Notes: generated by a model not told the origin, from the sequence alone. 64,000 nucleotides of DNA from Patescibacteria group bacterium (GCA_028717685.1 JAQUNI010000003.1:311-64310), one strand, 5' to 3'. Numbered from the stretch's first letter, positions 46,419-57,094 are shown. Made by a program: numbers and translations.

Positions 46419-47573
46419 CTATTCTGTAATTGCGAGAAAAATTTTCTCAATTTGCCCAACCATTTTATTCCAATCATACTTTGCCGCTTCTTTTTTACCC
46501 CTCTCACCCATTCTTTGGCGCAAAGGGGGGTTACTAAGCAGTTTATTGATGTAATAGGCTGTTTTTTTATAATCACCTACGGGAGTTAAAAATCCAGCCT
46601 CATTGTTTGGTACTAAATATGGGACTGCGGAGTGGTTAGTGGACACAATCGGTAGCCCCGCGGCCATCGCCTCGGCAAGGACAATGCCAAAAGCCTCATA
46701 TTTGGTCGGCAGGCAGAAAATAGTGGCATTTTGATAAGCGGAGTGCAGATCTTCCCTTTTTATCTCTCCGAGCCAAAGAAGTTTATCCTGGACATTATAT
46801 TTGATGGCTAGATGAATGAAGGTTTCTTTATCAGCAAAGTCAGTGCCGGCAATAGCAACAATGGTATTGGGATGTTTTTTTAAGACTTCAGGCAGGGCTT
46901 TGATTAAAATATCAACCCCCTTGCCATAGCAGATGCGCCCGGCGAAAAAGATAATATTTTTATCTTGTACGTTATATTGTTCAAAAATATTATAAGGAAT
47001 TTTTTGCTTGAGGGCTGGTTCAATGCCTGGCGGGATAATGATAATCTTCTTGGGTTTGTAATCTTTTAAGATTAACGCCTTTTCAAATTCTGAAATCGCA
47101 ATAACACAGTCCGCAGCCATAGTTAGGCTGCCGAAAATCTTGCGATAGCAAAACCATTTTTTCGCCTCGCGGCTTTCTAGATAAAAATAAGGGTGCAAAA
47201 TAAACGGCACTCTTTTGATTTTAGAAAGAAGCCAGCCAATATCCGAGGAATAGTAATAGAAATTGTGGGCGTAGATTAAATCTAGGTTTTTCGCCTGAAG
47301 CGCCGCTTTCAGCATTCCCTGAAAATAGGGGTAAGGAAACTTACCCCAGTATTTTGCCCTAAAGCGGCGGACATAGGGAGGACCATTTTGGTATTCTTCT
47401 GTGGTTAAAAAGACAGGCGGAATACTATGGCTTCTAAGATTGGAGGTCAAAACTTGGATATTGTGGCCTCTTTTACGCAAACCTTCGGTGGATTGATAAG
47501 CAATTTCTTCCGCGCCGCCTGGAGCGGGAGGATAGCGGAGACAGGTGGTTAAGATATTTAGTTTTCTTGACAT
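46419..47573 (-). CDS. GT4 glycosyltransferase
   Basis: YPPAPGGAE, AGRICYGKG, YEAFGIVLAEAM. Confidence 0.9.
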   Translation of the reverse strand: MSRKLNILTTCLRYPPAPGGAEEIAYQSTEGLRKRGHNIQVLTSNLRSHSIPPVFLTTEEYQNGPPYVRRFRAKYWGKFPYPYFQGMLKAALQAKNLDLIYAHNFYYYSSDIGWLLSKIKRVPFILHPYFYLESREAKKWFCYRKIFGSLTMAADCVIAISEFEKALILKDYKPKKIIIIPPGIEPALKQKIPYNIFEQYNVQDKNIIFFAGRICYGKGVDILIKALPEVLKKHPNTIVAIAGTDFADKETFIHLAIKYNVQDKLLWLGEIKREDLHSAYQNATIFCLPTKYEAFGIVLAEAMAAGLPIVSTNHSAVPYLVPNNEAGFLTPVGDYKKTAYYINKLLSNPPLRQRMGERGKKEAAKYDWNKMVGQIEKIFLAITE

Positions 47574-47584
47574 AGATAATGAGA

Positions 47585-47725
47585 TCGTCGTTGCGAGGAG
47601 GAAGGCGAAGCCGAAGCCTGACGACGAAGCAATCTCCTAAAAAAGTAAAGGTTTGTCATCCAAAATTATTTAATTTTATGAGATTGCCGCGTCGCTCTTT
47701 GGGGTCGCTCCTCGCTAATAGACGA
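47585..47725. repeat. GTC(A/G)TTGCGAG...GCAATCTC palindromic element, copy 1
   Basis: Inverted arms; same family as 59816-59930; overlaps the 3' end of the GT2 gene. Confidence 0.8.
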
Positions 47726-48531
47726 GAAGAATTTTGCCAATATTTGATACGGGTAACGGATTCATAGAACGTCCCAAACAGCGCATAGACGAAGCCGTGG
47801 ATGCCATCTTTATATCCTTGATGCCGAAAATAGCGTGAGATAAAAAAGCGCAAGGGGCGGTAAATAAAAAACCAAGCTAAAGACCAAGAATTATGCAGGT
47901 TCACTTTAATCTCGCGACCATAACGGTCTTTTCCTATTTTCACCATTTCCCTTGCGTCAATTTCTATATAGCGGATAAATTTTTCAAAATAATGATTGAC
48001 GGTATCAAAAGAATAATGCAAATAATGATTTTTTAAAAATCCTGAATCTCGGTCTTCGCGCTTGACGATTCTTCCCTCTTTGTCTGCCACTTGTTCGTGA
48101 ACATCACGCACCCAATGGCTGCCATTATTACGGAATAGTCTTAGGTGCGGGCAGGGATACCAAGCGCCATGGCGCAAAGGGTGGCCCAAAAAATAGGTTT
48201 GGAAAGGAATCCAATAGAAATTTTGGGCGGGTTTTTCCAAGGTTGCTAGGATTTCAGTTTGAAGTTTTGGGGTTATCCTTTCGTCAGGATCAATCTGTAA
48301 AATCCAGTCGCCTGTTGTATACTGCAACCCAAAATTCCTTTGTTTGGCGTAAGAACTGTCCCATCGGCGCGTATAGATTTTATCGGTATACGGTTTAATG
48401 ATCTCTTGCGTCCCGTCATTGCTTTCCGCGTCCACAATTACAATTTCATCCGTCCATTTTACGGATTCCAAACAATCTTTAATTTTATTTGCGTTGTTAT
48501 AGGTAATGATTAAGGTGGAAATTTTAGGCAT
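47656..48531 (-). CDS. GT2 glycosyltransferase (beta-1,4-glucosyltransferase-like)
   Basis: IITYNN, CLESV, QRNFG, IDPDE, VHE, GYKDG. Confidence 0.9.
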   Translation of the reverse strand: MPKISTLIITYNNANKIKDCLESVKWTDEIVIVDAESNDGTQEIIKPYTDKIYTRRWDSSYAKQRNFGLQYTTGDWILQIDPDERITPKLQTEILATLEKPAQNFYWIPFQTYFLGHPLRHGAWYPCPHLRLFRNNGSHWVRDVHEQVADKEGRIVKREDRDSGFLKNHYLHYSFDTVNHYFEKFIRYIEIDAREMVKIGKDRYGREIKVNLHNSWSLAWFFIYRPLRFFISRYFRHQGYKDGIHGFVYALFGTFYESVTRIKYWQNSSRLLARSDPKERRGNLIKLNNFG

Positions 48532-48667
48532 AATGGAATAAAATTTTTATTTCTTAATTTTTAATTTTTTATTGAATTTTTAATGAATTAATTTTTTTAT
48601 TACTTAATAAACAACAATAAGTAAATAATTCAATAAAAATTAGTTAAAAAGTAAAAATCAAAAATTA

Positions 48668-49369
48668 TTATTTTCCTGTCTTCTCCAAAATATACTCCCC
48701 TATCACCACTAGGGGCGCGATCCAGAGATTAAGTTCAATTAGCTTTTGTAAATGTTCCTCAAACGCCTCCGGAGTAACGGTGAAGCGATAATCCGTTTGG
48801 CGACTCGCGATTAAATGATAGGATTCAATCAGCCAGAGATTTTTCCTAGCCGCTCTCTTTGCCTCTTTGTTTAAATCGTTCCAATTCGTTCCTTGATTAG
48901 GCACAAAGGATTTGAGACTGAAAAAGTCAATCGGCGGGATATGATTTAATTCTTCTTCCACGCCTCTGCCAATAAGATAATATTTTTTAGCCGTTTCAAT
49001 CACTCTTTTATTAAAAGCACCTCCCGGGTAAACAATAGTTTTAGCTTTCAGGACTTCATGGGATTGCTTGAGCTCTTTTTCTAAATCCGCATCGGAAGTG
49101 TTTTTTAAATTCACATGGTTAACGCTGTGGCTGGCGATTTCGTGGCCGAGGGTTTTAATCTTTTCGGCGATTTCCAAGGAAGCCGTGGGTATTTTTTCAG
49201 TTTTTTCAATTGCTCGCGGATTAGCCGCGAAAGCAAAGGTGGCTTTCAAGTTATATTTTTTTAAGATAGGCAGAACATTAACCAATGTTTCTTTATAACC
49301 GTCATCAAAAACAAGGGAGCACGCCCCCTTTTTTCTTGAATTTGATTTTTGGGAAAAGATTTTAAACAT
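48668..49369 (-). CDS. Polysaccharide deacetylase (NodB/CE4)
   Basis: FDDG, EIASHSVNH, YPGG, YH. Confidence 0.85.
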   Translation of the reverse strand: MFKIFSQKSNSRKKGACSLVFDDGYKETLVNVLPILKKYNLKATFAFAANPRAIEKTEKIPTASLEIAEKIKTLGHEIASHSVNHVNLKNTSDADLEKELKQSHEVLKAKTIVYPGGAFNKRVIETAKKYYLIGRGVEEELNHIPPIDFFSLKSFVPNQGTNWNDLNKEAKRAARKNLWLIESYHLIASRQTDYRFTVTPEAFEEHLQKLIELNLWIAPLVVIGEYILEKTGK

Positions 49370-50412
49370 TATACTAGTTTTAATTTACGGAAGAGTTCTT
49401 GATTGCGGCTGACCCAATCCGCTAGTCTTTTTACGCCTTGGTTTACCGAGATTTGCGGCTCCCAGCCGAATTCTTTTTTCGCCTTGCGGATGTCGGAAAC
49501 ATACACCGGCTGATCGCCAGGCCGCCAAGGGGCGAAGCTATATTGGATGTCTTGATCAAGCATTTTTTTGAGGTAGCTAATAAGCTCTAAAAGGGACATT
49601 GTATTTTCTGGTCCGCCGCCGATATTGTAGATTTTACCCGCGGTTTTATCAATCATTTTGGTCGCCATCACAAAGGCTTGAATTAAATCTTCCACATACA
49701 AAACATCGCGAATCTGCTTGCCGTCGCCATAAATCGTAATGGGGCACCCAAGAGCAGCCGCGATTGTAAACCAAGCTACCCACCCCTGATCTTCAATGCC
49801 GAACTGCCTTTTGCCGTAAATGCAGCTTTGGCGGAAGACTACGGTGCGCAAGCCATAGATGCGGCTGTAATCATGGACGTATTGATCCGCCGCGCCTTTG
49901 GAACAGCCGTAAGGAGAATGGAAATCCAAAAGGCGATTTTCAGGGATCCCTAAGGGCAGATTTTTATATTCATGACGATCGCCTTTGTCGGCAATTTCAA
50001 TATCTTCCATGCCGCCATAAACCTTGTTTGTGGAGGCAAAGATGAGGATAGGATTACTTTTGGCGTGGCGGACTGCCTCTAGGACGTTAAAAGTCCCCAC
50101 GGCGTTAATCATAAAATCCTCATAAGGGTTATTGACCGAACAGGTAACCGCCACTTGCGCGGCGAGATGGTAAACTGCGTCCACTTTTTGAATGAGTTCC
50201 AGAAGTTTGCTTTTGTCCACGCGGATGTCCCCGACAACCATCTCCAATTTTTTTCCTTTGTGTTTTTCCTCCAGCCACTTCAGATTTTCAATAGTGCCTT
50301 TGCGTGAGAGATTATCAAAAATAATGACCTCCGCATTATTTTGCAAGAGATAGTCTGCGATATTCGTACCAATAAAGCCGGCGCCGCCGATGACTAGAAA
50401 TTTATTCAACAT
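49369..50412 (-). CDS. NAD-dependent epimerase, CDP-paratose 2-epimerase (RfbE)-like
   Basis: GGAGFIG, HLAAQVAV, STNKVYG, FHSPYGCSKG, EDQGWV, RPGDQ. Confidence 0.85.
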   Translation of the reverse strand: MLNKFLVIGGAGFIGTNIADYLLQNNAEVIIFDNLSRKGTIENLKWLEEKHKGKKLEMVVGDIRVDKSKLLELIQKVDAVYHLAAQVAVTCSVNNPYEDFMINAVGTFNVLEAVRHAKSNPILIFASTNKVYGGMEDIEIADKGDRHEYKNLPLGIPENRLLDFHSPYGCSKGAADQYVHDYSRIYGLRTVVFRQSCIYGKRQFGIEDQGWVAWFTIAAALGCPITIYGDGKQIRDVLYVEDLIQAFVMATKMIDKTAGKIYNIGGGPENTMSLLELISYLKKMLDQDIQYSFAPWRPGDQPVYVSDIRKAKKEFGWEPQISVNQGVKRLADWVSRNQELFRKLKLV

Positions 50413-50440
50413 TGATTTTCTTTTCTCCTCCACTAAATGG

Positions 50441-52318
50441 TTATTTAAAATATTTGGTTAGCTTTTCCAGGGCGATAAAGAAACCCTGCCCTTCGCGTTG
50501 ATGACCCCGCCAAATTTCCGGAATCCAGCCGTATTGATAGCCTTTAAATATTTTTTGGATTTTAGCCCAATCTATGTCCCCTTCCCCGATTTGCAATCCT
50601 TCCTCATCGGTGCCGTAGGCGTCAGAGATGTGCAGTTCGCGGACATAGGGTTTAATTCTTCGGAGTGCGGCGTAAAAATCCTCCCCGATGAGATTGTAGT
50701 ATAATTTTGCATGCGAGAGATCAAGAGTGCAATTAATGCGAGTCCGTTTGCAGAATTCCCGAATTTCATCCAGATCCACAAAAATGTTGTCTACCCATTG
50801 GCCGCCAAAATACCAAGGCCGGGGCGGCAGATTTTCAGGTAATAATTCCACGCCGCGGCTATCTATTTTTTTTAGTGAATTTTCAAGATTTTTCCAAAGT
50901 ACCCTTCGGTTTTTGATAGGGTCAATACTCATTCCGCCGGGATGAAAAACGATTTTTGGCTTAACGGGGGCAAAATATTTTTTCATTTCCCTTGCTCGTT
51001 CTATGGTTTTTCGCATTATGACAATAGCTTCGTCGCGTAATTCTTTTTCCGGGGAACAAAGATCATTGATGGAGCGGAAATGATATTCGGGAGCGTGGAT
51101 ATAAAGCGCGGCAGGATATTTTTGATTGGGTTTAAATTTGTATTCTAAATCTTTATCCGTAAAATGAAATTCCACCATTTTGGGCTTCAAAGCCATCATT
51201 TGATCTAAATTATGAAAACGCACTTTTAGCCCCCAGAAGGATTGAAAGCTTTTACTAAAATTAGGTTGTTTCACTTTATGGATGTCGTTTTCTAAAAAGA
51301 GATCATCTTTTTTGAAGTTTTTTTGCGCACGTTTGCCAATTAGTGCATCCAGAAGTTGAGGCGACAAACCTTTGCCTGGGCTTTTGACGGCAATCATTTT
51401 GCGACGGATTATTTCCCCTTTTTTTATTTCTTCTGCGGCGACTAGGCTTTTTCCCAGAACCTCGCGGTTTAAGATTTCACCGCGGCTCATATATTTTTTT
51501 CCGTCGCCTAAAGCCTGTTCCGCATAGCGGATATCGCGCACGAGACGCTTAAAATCTTGGGCTTCTAGACTAGCGGCGTGATCCGGACCTTTCATGGAAC
51601 GATCCAGGGTTAAATGGCGTTCAATAATACTGGCTCCTAGCGTTGCGGCGACAATAGACATTGAGATACCCAGCTCATGACCGGAATAACCGATCGGAAC
51701 ATTGAATTTTTGGCGTAGGGTTTCAATAAAGCGCAGGTTTAATTTATCCCAAGGCGCGGGATAAGTGGAAGAGCAATGCAGAAGCGCGAATTGGGCCTTT
51801 TTCTTTTCCAAAAATTCCACTGTCTTTTCAATTTCATCTAAATAAGCCATTCCCGTTGCCACAATCATCGGTTTTTTGGTTGCTGCCACTTTTTCCAGAA
51901 GCGCGAAATTAGTAAGATCAGGGGACCCGATTTTGTATGCTGGGACCCGTAACTTTTCTAGAAATTCAGCGCTTTTCAGGTCAAATGGCGTGCATAAAAA
52001 AGTAATTCCTTTCCGATCACAATATTTTTTTAAGAAAAAGAAATCTTCCTCCGTGAGTTCAAATTCGCGCAGCAAAGGGATCATGTATTGGAAATTTTGC
52101 TCGCCTAGATTGGGGTTATCAAGTATTTCCTCGGTATAAATATGTTCCAGGTTTCTTTTTTGAAATTTAACCGCATCGGCTCCCGCGCTAATCGCGACAT
52201 CAACAAGTTGTTTGGCAATTTGCACCGAGCCATTATGATTGACCCCAATTTCGGCGACGATATAGCAAGGGTGCAGAGTGCCGATTTTTTTATTATCTAT
52301 GGTAATCTCTTTGATCAT
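50441..52318 (-). CDS. neuB: NeuB-family nonulosonic acid synthase with SAF domain, fused to a xylose-isomerase-like TIM barrel
   Basis: AEIGVNHNG, DAVKFQ, HCSSTYP, GYSGHE, ERH, GPDH; C-terminal ENLPP, DLSH, HISD, PEIW. Confidence 0.88.
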   Translation of the reverse strand: MIKEITIDNKKIGTLHPCYIVAEIGVNHNGSVQIAKQLVDVAISAGADAVKFQKRNLEHIYTEEILDNPNLGEQNFQYMIPLLREFELTEEDFFFLKKYCDRKGITFLCTPFDLKSAEFLEKLRVPAYKIGSPDLTNFALLEKVAATKKPMIVATGMAYLDEIEKTVEFLEKKKAQFALLHCSSTYPAPWDKLNLRFIETLRQKFNVPIGYSGHELGISMSIVAATLGASIIERHLTLDRSMKGPDHAASLEAQDFKRLVRDIRYAEQALGDGKKYMSRGEILNREVLGKSLVAAEEIKKGEIIRRKMIAVKSPGKGLSPQLLDALIGKRAQKNFKKDDLFLENDIHKVKQPNFSKSFQSFWGLKVRFHNLDQMMALKPKMVEFHFTDKDLEYKFKPNQKYPAALYIHAPEYHFRSINDLCSPEKELRDEAIVIMRKTIERAREMKKYFAPVKPKIVFHPGGMSIDPIKNRRVLWKNLENSLKKIDSRGVELLPENLPPRPWYFGGQWVDNIFVDLDEIREFCKRTRINCTLDLSHAKLYYNLIGEDFYAALRRIKPYVRELHISDAYGTDEEGLQIGEGDIDWAKIQKIFKGYQYGWIPEIWRGHQREGQGFFIALEKLTKYFK

Positions 52319-52372
52319 AAAATTGAATCATGAATTAGGAATCATGAATTAGGAATTGAATTTTATAATTTA

Positions 52373-53128
52373 TTATTCCTTGTTCCTGCTTCCTGCTTGC
52401 CTCATTCTGTTTTGTCTTTCCCGCATAATTTGCGTTGCGATTTTGAAATCCAAGATTGAATCTAAATCCACAGAATCTTCAAGGCTCATTGCCATAGTGA
52501 CGAGTTTATTTCCGAAAACGCGGTTCTCTTGGAGGATAAATTTCGGTCGGGTGATGTCAATAACCGCGTTCTGCCAATAGATTGGCTCTAATTTTTGCCT
52601 GGGCACATCCGGACCATATTTTAAACGAAATGATGTTTTAAGGTAGGGTTCTAAAAATACTCCCTTTTTAATCCGCCACATTTTGTGGGGGTGTTTGTCG
52701 CTTTGCGCTACGGTTTTTAAGCCATCAGCATTATAATCAATGACTATTTTAATCGCTTGGTCAATTTGTTCGGCAGTGCGCAAAGGAGCGGTTGGTCTTA
52801 AATTAACAACCAAATCCGGTGCGTAATTTTCCTTATTTTTAAGCCACACTAAAGCATGGCGGTACCATTCAATATCTTGGCTTGTGTCGCGGCTAAAACG
52901 GCTTGGACGCAGAAAAGGCACTGCACAGCCATACTTTTTCGCCACCGCCGCAATTTCCTTACTATCTGTGGAACAAATCAAGCGGTCAATGTATTTTGAC
53001 CTTTTTGCTTCTTTGATGGCGTAATAGAGAAGCGGTTTGCCGAGAAGGGAGTGGATATTTTTCTTGGGTACGGATTTAGATCCGCCGCGCGCTGGAATAA
53101 TAGCTAAAATATTCTCTTTTTTGTACAT
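52373..53128 (-). CDS. neuA: Acylneuraminate cytidylyltransferase
   Basis: IIPARGGSKSVPKKN, STD, PFLRP, LRPTAPLR, DLD. Confidence 0.92.
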   Translation of the reverse strand: MYKKENILAIIPARGGSKSVPKKNIHSLLGKPLLYYAIKEAKRSKYIDRLICSTDSKEIAAVAKKYGCAVPFLRPSRFSRDTSQDIEWYRHALVWLKNKENYAPDLVVNLRPTAPLRTAEQIDQAIKIVIDYNADGLKTVAQSDKHPHKMWRIKKGVFLEPYLKTSFRLKYGPDVPRQKLEPIYWQNAVIDITRPKFILQENRVFGNKLVTMAMSLEDSVDLDSILDFKIATQIMRERQNRMRQAGSRNKE

Positions 53129-53229
53129 TAGGGACTTGTCCCTTAAGCTTATTTTTTAAGGTAAGGGATTGACTCAATACTAAAACAATGGTCTAATATA
53201 AGCTTTTCTTAAAAAGACCAGTGTAGTTT

Positions 53230-53258
53230 ATTTTAATACATTTTTTCCGTTTTAGCAA
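53230..53258 (-). promoter_or_regulatory. Putative sigma70 promoter for the neuA operon
   Basis: TTGCTA-17bp-TAAAAT on the minus strand. Confidence 0.45.
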
Positions 53259-53291
53259 GGGTAAAAGAAAAAAGGATTTTTGGAAAAAGAA

Positions 53292-54476
53292 TTATTCCCC
53301 GGACTGTACTCGTGAAGCTTCACATTTTTGGAGAATGAGGTTAAAGACCCGCTCGCTTGATTGACCATCCAAAAAGGTGAGCATTTTCTGACAGGTTTTG
53401 CGCCGTCCTCCCTGATTCAAATCCGGGCGGACTAGATATTGATTAATCGCCGCGAGGAAGTGTTTTTTATTTTTAACTACTGTGGTTCCCTGCTCCGTAA
53501 TGATATCTTTATAATGTTCTTTAAAATCGTGGTACACCGCGCTTTTGCGCCATCGCCAAAAGTCAAATGGTTTACCAAACATTACATTGATGGTCGGTGT
53601 GTCGCCGAGCATTGATTCTATGGCCGCTGTGGAAGAGAAATTGACCATGAGGTCGCTATGAATCCAAAGGCTCACAAGCATATACATATCTTGATCCGTA
53701 GGATTGTATTTGAACAAAGGGTGCGGAGCAGAATCTTTTCTGCCAAAGCTATAACGCAGTTTGACTTTGCATATCCGAGCATACTGTTCGTGTTTGGTAA
53801 TATCTCCTCCGGGATGAACCGAACAATAGATTTCCACAGGCATTTTTATTTTTTCTTGATCGCGCGCTTCGGCAATGATTTTGACTACATAGGAGATATC
53901 GTAAAGTTCAACCGTCGCAATATGGATTAACCTTTTTTTAGGGTTAACATTGAGGTAACGGCATAATTCTTCGCGCGAAGGGATTTTATCTTTATGCCAA
54001 AAGTAATCAAGGCGCGGCGAACCAACTATGTGAATTTGGTTGTCCTTGTAGCCAAAGATTCTTTGTGCATGTTCCTTCATCATTTCGTTCCAGACCAAGA
54101 GGGTGTCTACCTTGACCATTTCATTTTGGCGGCGTTGCATTTTCCAAATGTTATCCCAGCTTTCTATATAAGTGAATGTCGGAATTTTGCGTTTTTTCGC
54201 TTCTTTGAGAATAGGGATATCACATTCATCAAGACCAGTGGTTGTGGAAACAACGAGCGTGGGTTGGTATTGTTCAAAGATAGAAGGTTCCCATGTAACA
54301 AAAATAAAACCCGAGCCTTGAAATTCGCGAGTGAGGTCCGGATATCTGCTCATCGGGCTGACAATGATTAATTTTATTTTTTGCTCCCGAATTGCTTGTT
54401 CAAAAAAAGGTCGCAACGGTTTAAGAAGCGCGCGAGAGTGAGAGCCCGAGGGAACGGATAAAAAAATGGTCTTCAT
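53292..54476 (-). CDS. GT-B fold protein (CDP-glycerol glycerophosphotransferase / nonulosonate transferase-like)
   Basis: SWDN, VWNE, GSPRLD, HP, SSTAAIE, DGQSSERV; upstream of neuAB. Confidence 0.6.
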   Translation of the reverse strand: MKTIFLSVPSGSHSRALLKPLRPFFEQAIREQKIKLIIVSPMSRYPDLTREFQGSGFIFVTWEPSIFEQYQPTLVVSTTTGLDECDIPILKEAKKRKIPTFTYIESWDNIWKMQRRQNEMVKVDTLLVWNEMMKEHAQRIFGYKDNQIHIVGSPRLDYFWHKDKIPSREELCRYLNVNPKKRLIHIATVELYDISYVVKIIAEARDQEKIKMPVEIYCSVHPGGDITKHEQYARICKVKLRYSFGRKDSAPHPLFKYNPTDQDMYMLVSLWIHSDLMVNFSSTAAIESMLGDTPTINVMFGKPFDFWRWRKSAVYHDFKEHYKDIITEQGTTVVKNKKHFLAAINQYLVRPDLNQGGRRKTCQKMLTFLDGQSSERVFNLILQKCEASRVQSGE

Positions 54477-54598
54477 AGAATATTTTTATCTTTTGGAAGA
54501 GGGTAAGCTTTTTTAGCATAGCATAAATTTAATGCCTTTTACAATTAAAATTTTTTAACCACTAAGGCAGAAGAATGTTATAGTTAACATCTTTATGT

Positions 54599-57094
54599 TT
54601 ATTTTCTTTTTTGCCGCAGAGATATTATTCCTATTGCGATGAGGAGCAGAAATGTGCCCGCGGAAATGTAGGCTCCTATTTTGACATTTTTGGGTTCAAA
54701 CTTGAAAACCACATTATGTTCCCCTTGGGTCAGGGCTACGCCGCGAGCAAGGTAATTGGCTCGGTAAATTTTATCTTTTTCCCCATCTATATAAACTTGC
54801 CAGCCAGGATAGTAGAGATCACTGAAGATTAAAAAGCCATTGTGAGTTAAATCGGTTTTAATGCTAATTTGATTGGGCGCGTATTGAGTGATTATGGCGT
54901 AGGAATCTTGGAGATCCTGACTTCCCTGCAGATGCGGCGTTTCTTCGAATACGGCAGTTTTCAAAGGGTTAAAAGAGGAATTATTCAAGCGCTCTAATAT
55001 TTTAATATCCTCTGTAATTACTTCTATTTGAGGAACGAGAAAAACACGGGGCAGGGCTTTTTGATTTTCATAAATTTTAATCTCCTGATTGTAGACTAAT
55101 TTAAAGCCCTCATCTTTAATTTCTTGTTTGGGCGGAGTAAGGATATATTTCACGTTAAAAAGATCAAGAAGAGGAGAATTATAGCGGGTGAGCCAAAGAT
55201 TGGTGTGAAATTGATTTGTGAGATTGGCGCGGTCATTGTTTTCAATAAAGCTCATATATTCGTCATAGCGCAAGGGGTAGATATTGTACTCCACGCCAAT
55301 GTCGGCAATATTGTAGTTAGCCAGAGCGTTTGGAAAGATGACATTCCAGCCATCGGTTGAGCTCACACGATACAGGCTGTGATCTTGCTTTAAGAAGGCA
55401 ACCGGCGGAATTTCTGGGAAGACATCCCTTCGCTTGGTGGGTATAGGGTTATAAAACCAACCAATATAGAAAAGATCCGCCAGGGTAAGGAGTAGAAAAA
55501 TAATTTTGAGAGAGCCAATTTTTATCTTACGTTGGTAAAATAAAATTAAAAGTGCGGAAGTGGCAGCAAGGAGCGCTAATGGTATGTAAATACTAGTATT
55601 AAAAAGACTAAAGTGGTTTTTCAAAATTTGGTACCAATTCAGTAATTCATTCCGGTAATAATTTATTCCTTGCTCTGGATTTGTTTTTAGAAAATATGTT
55701 GCGGAAATTTTTTCCCCTGTCTGGAGGAATAAATTTTTGACCCATGGAAGTCTTAAAAATAGACAAAACGCAAGTAAAATTACCAAGACCACGCTAAAAC
55801 CCTTTAAGATAACGAAAATTCTTTTTTTGTTTGCTTGGGCTTCTTGAAAAAAATAATTCAAACCATACGCGGCGAGGACAGAAGAGGCGAAGACGTAGAT
55901 AATATTGGCGCGATAGGTATTCCACATCTTGTTTATTAGGGGAAGATGGAGCGCCTCCTTTGCCCAGAGAGGAGTAAAAATTTGAAGTAGAACCAAAAAA
56001 AGAGAAATTCCCAGAAAAAATTTGATTTCCGCCTTTCGCCGCGTCCTTTTACTTATGGTTATGAGGGCGAAAAGAAAAGGCAGAAAACCGATATATGGGA
56101 GAGAGATGGGAGGGAAATCTAGATAGAGAAGATGGAGGGCGTTTCTTTCTATTTTGGCGAAGGCTTGGAAGTTGGTTTGGGTATCACCGAACACCTGCGG
56201 CGCTAAGGCGGTAAGAAGGTGCCAGGGCGTAATCCATTGCGCAAGTTCATTAGGGCTGCGGTGGCCTAAATTTTGGAGCTCAAGCATTGGCAAAAGTTGG
56301 ACCGCCGCCAAAGCAGACATTAAAATGAAAGGGAGAATAGAATAAACCAAGAGCCTTTTGAGATTTTTAGCGGTTTTGGCTGATTTCGCAAGTTTCACTA
56401 AAACATATAAGAAAGCAAAGCCAGTGACATAAAATCCCGTCTGGGGGTGGGCGGCAATGAATTGGAGGCTTAAGAAGACAGTCGCCAGAGCGCTGTAGAA
56501 AAACTTGCGGGTCTGGAAGACCTTTTCCAAGCAGAAGAAAATAAAAGGAATACTCCAAAGCGTCTGGGTCATCCAAGGGATTTCAAGCTTCAGCATCACG
56601 AGTGTGTTCAGCATATAAGCCAGAGCGCCGAAGACCCCTGCCCAAGCCTTAATTTTGAGGAGTCGCAAGTACAAAAAGAAACCTATACCCGCAAGAAAGA
56701 TCTTGATGATAATTGACCACGAATAAGCAATTTCCGGGGCAAAGAAGATGAATAACGGGCTTGTAAAACTAAGCATTAAGCTTGTGCTATTGGCAAAGAT
56801 AGGATAGCCTCCTGTAAGATAAGGCCACCAAAGCGGAAAATGACCCTTTTGAAACTCCGCACCGTAGAATTTAAAGGTGGGAAAATAGACGGTTGAGGAG
56901 TCACTACTGGTATAGGGTGGACGTTCCCCTTCAAAAAAAGTGGGCAAATAAGCGCTCCAAGGGAGTTTATCGGATAGCGCTGACATATCCACCAGCACGT
57001 GGTCTTCAAAAATCACCTTATAAAAGAAGCCTAGCACTACGAGAAGAATGAAGAGAAATGGCAGAATTTTTTTGAGCATATTGTATATATTCAT
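54599..57094 (-). CDS. YfhO family membrane protein (GT-C-like)
   Basis: PLWWPY..GGYP, HPQ, VKYIL, YEN..ALPR, YYPGW, RANY. Confidence 0.85.
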   Translation of the reverse strand: MNIYNMLKKILPFLFILLVVLGFFYKVIFEDHVLVDMSALSDKLPWSAYLPTFFEGERPPYTSSDSSTVYFPTFKFYGAEFQKGHFPLWWPYLTGGYPIFANSTSLMLSFTSPLFIFFAPEIAYSWSIIIKIFLAGIGFFLYLRLLKIKAWAGVFGALAYMLNTLVMLKLEIPWMTQTLWSIPFIFFCLEKVFQTRKFFYSALATVFLSLQFIAAHPQTGFYVTGFAFLYVLVKLAKSAKTAKNLKRLLVYSILPFILMSALAAVQLLPMLELQNLGHRSPNELAQWITPWHLLTALAPQVFGDTQTNFQAFAKIERNALHLLYLDFPPISLPYIGFLPFLFALITISKRTRRKAEIKFFLGISLFLVLLQIFTPLWAKEALHLPLINKMWNTYRANIIYVFASSVLAAYGLNYFFQEAQANKKRIFVILKGFSVVLVILLAFCLFLRLPWVKNLFLQTGEKISATYFLKTNPEQGINYYRNELLNWYQILKNHFSLFNTSIYIPLALLAATSALLILFYQRKIKIGSLKIIFLLLTLADLFYIGWFYNPIPTKRRDVFPEIPPVAFLKQDHSLYRVSSTDGWNVIFPNALANYNIADIGVEYNIYPLRYDEYMSFIENNDRANLTNQFHTNLWLTRYNSPLLDLFNVKYILTPPKQEIKDEGFKLVYNQEIKIYENQKALPRVFLVPQIEVITEDIKILERLNNSSFNPLKTAVFEETPHLQGSQDLQDSYAIITQYAPNQISIKTDLTHNGFLIFSDLYYPGWQVYIDGEKDKIYRANYLARGVALTQGEHNVVFKFEPKNVKIGAYISAGTFLLLIAIGIISLRQKRK

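Noticed and set aside
53169-53197. Plus-strand promoter-like TTGACT-17bp-TCTAAT
   Set aside because: No downstream plus-strand gene; could be chance in AT-rich DNA.
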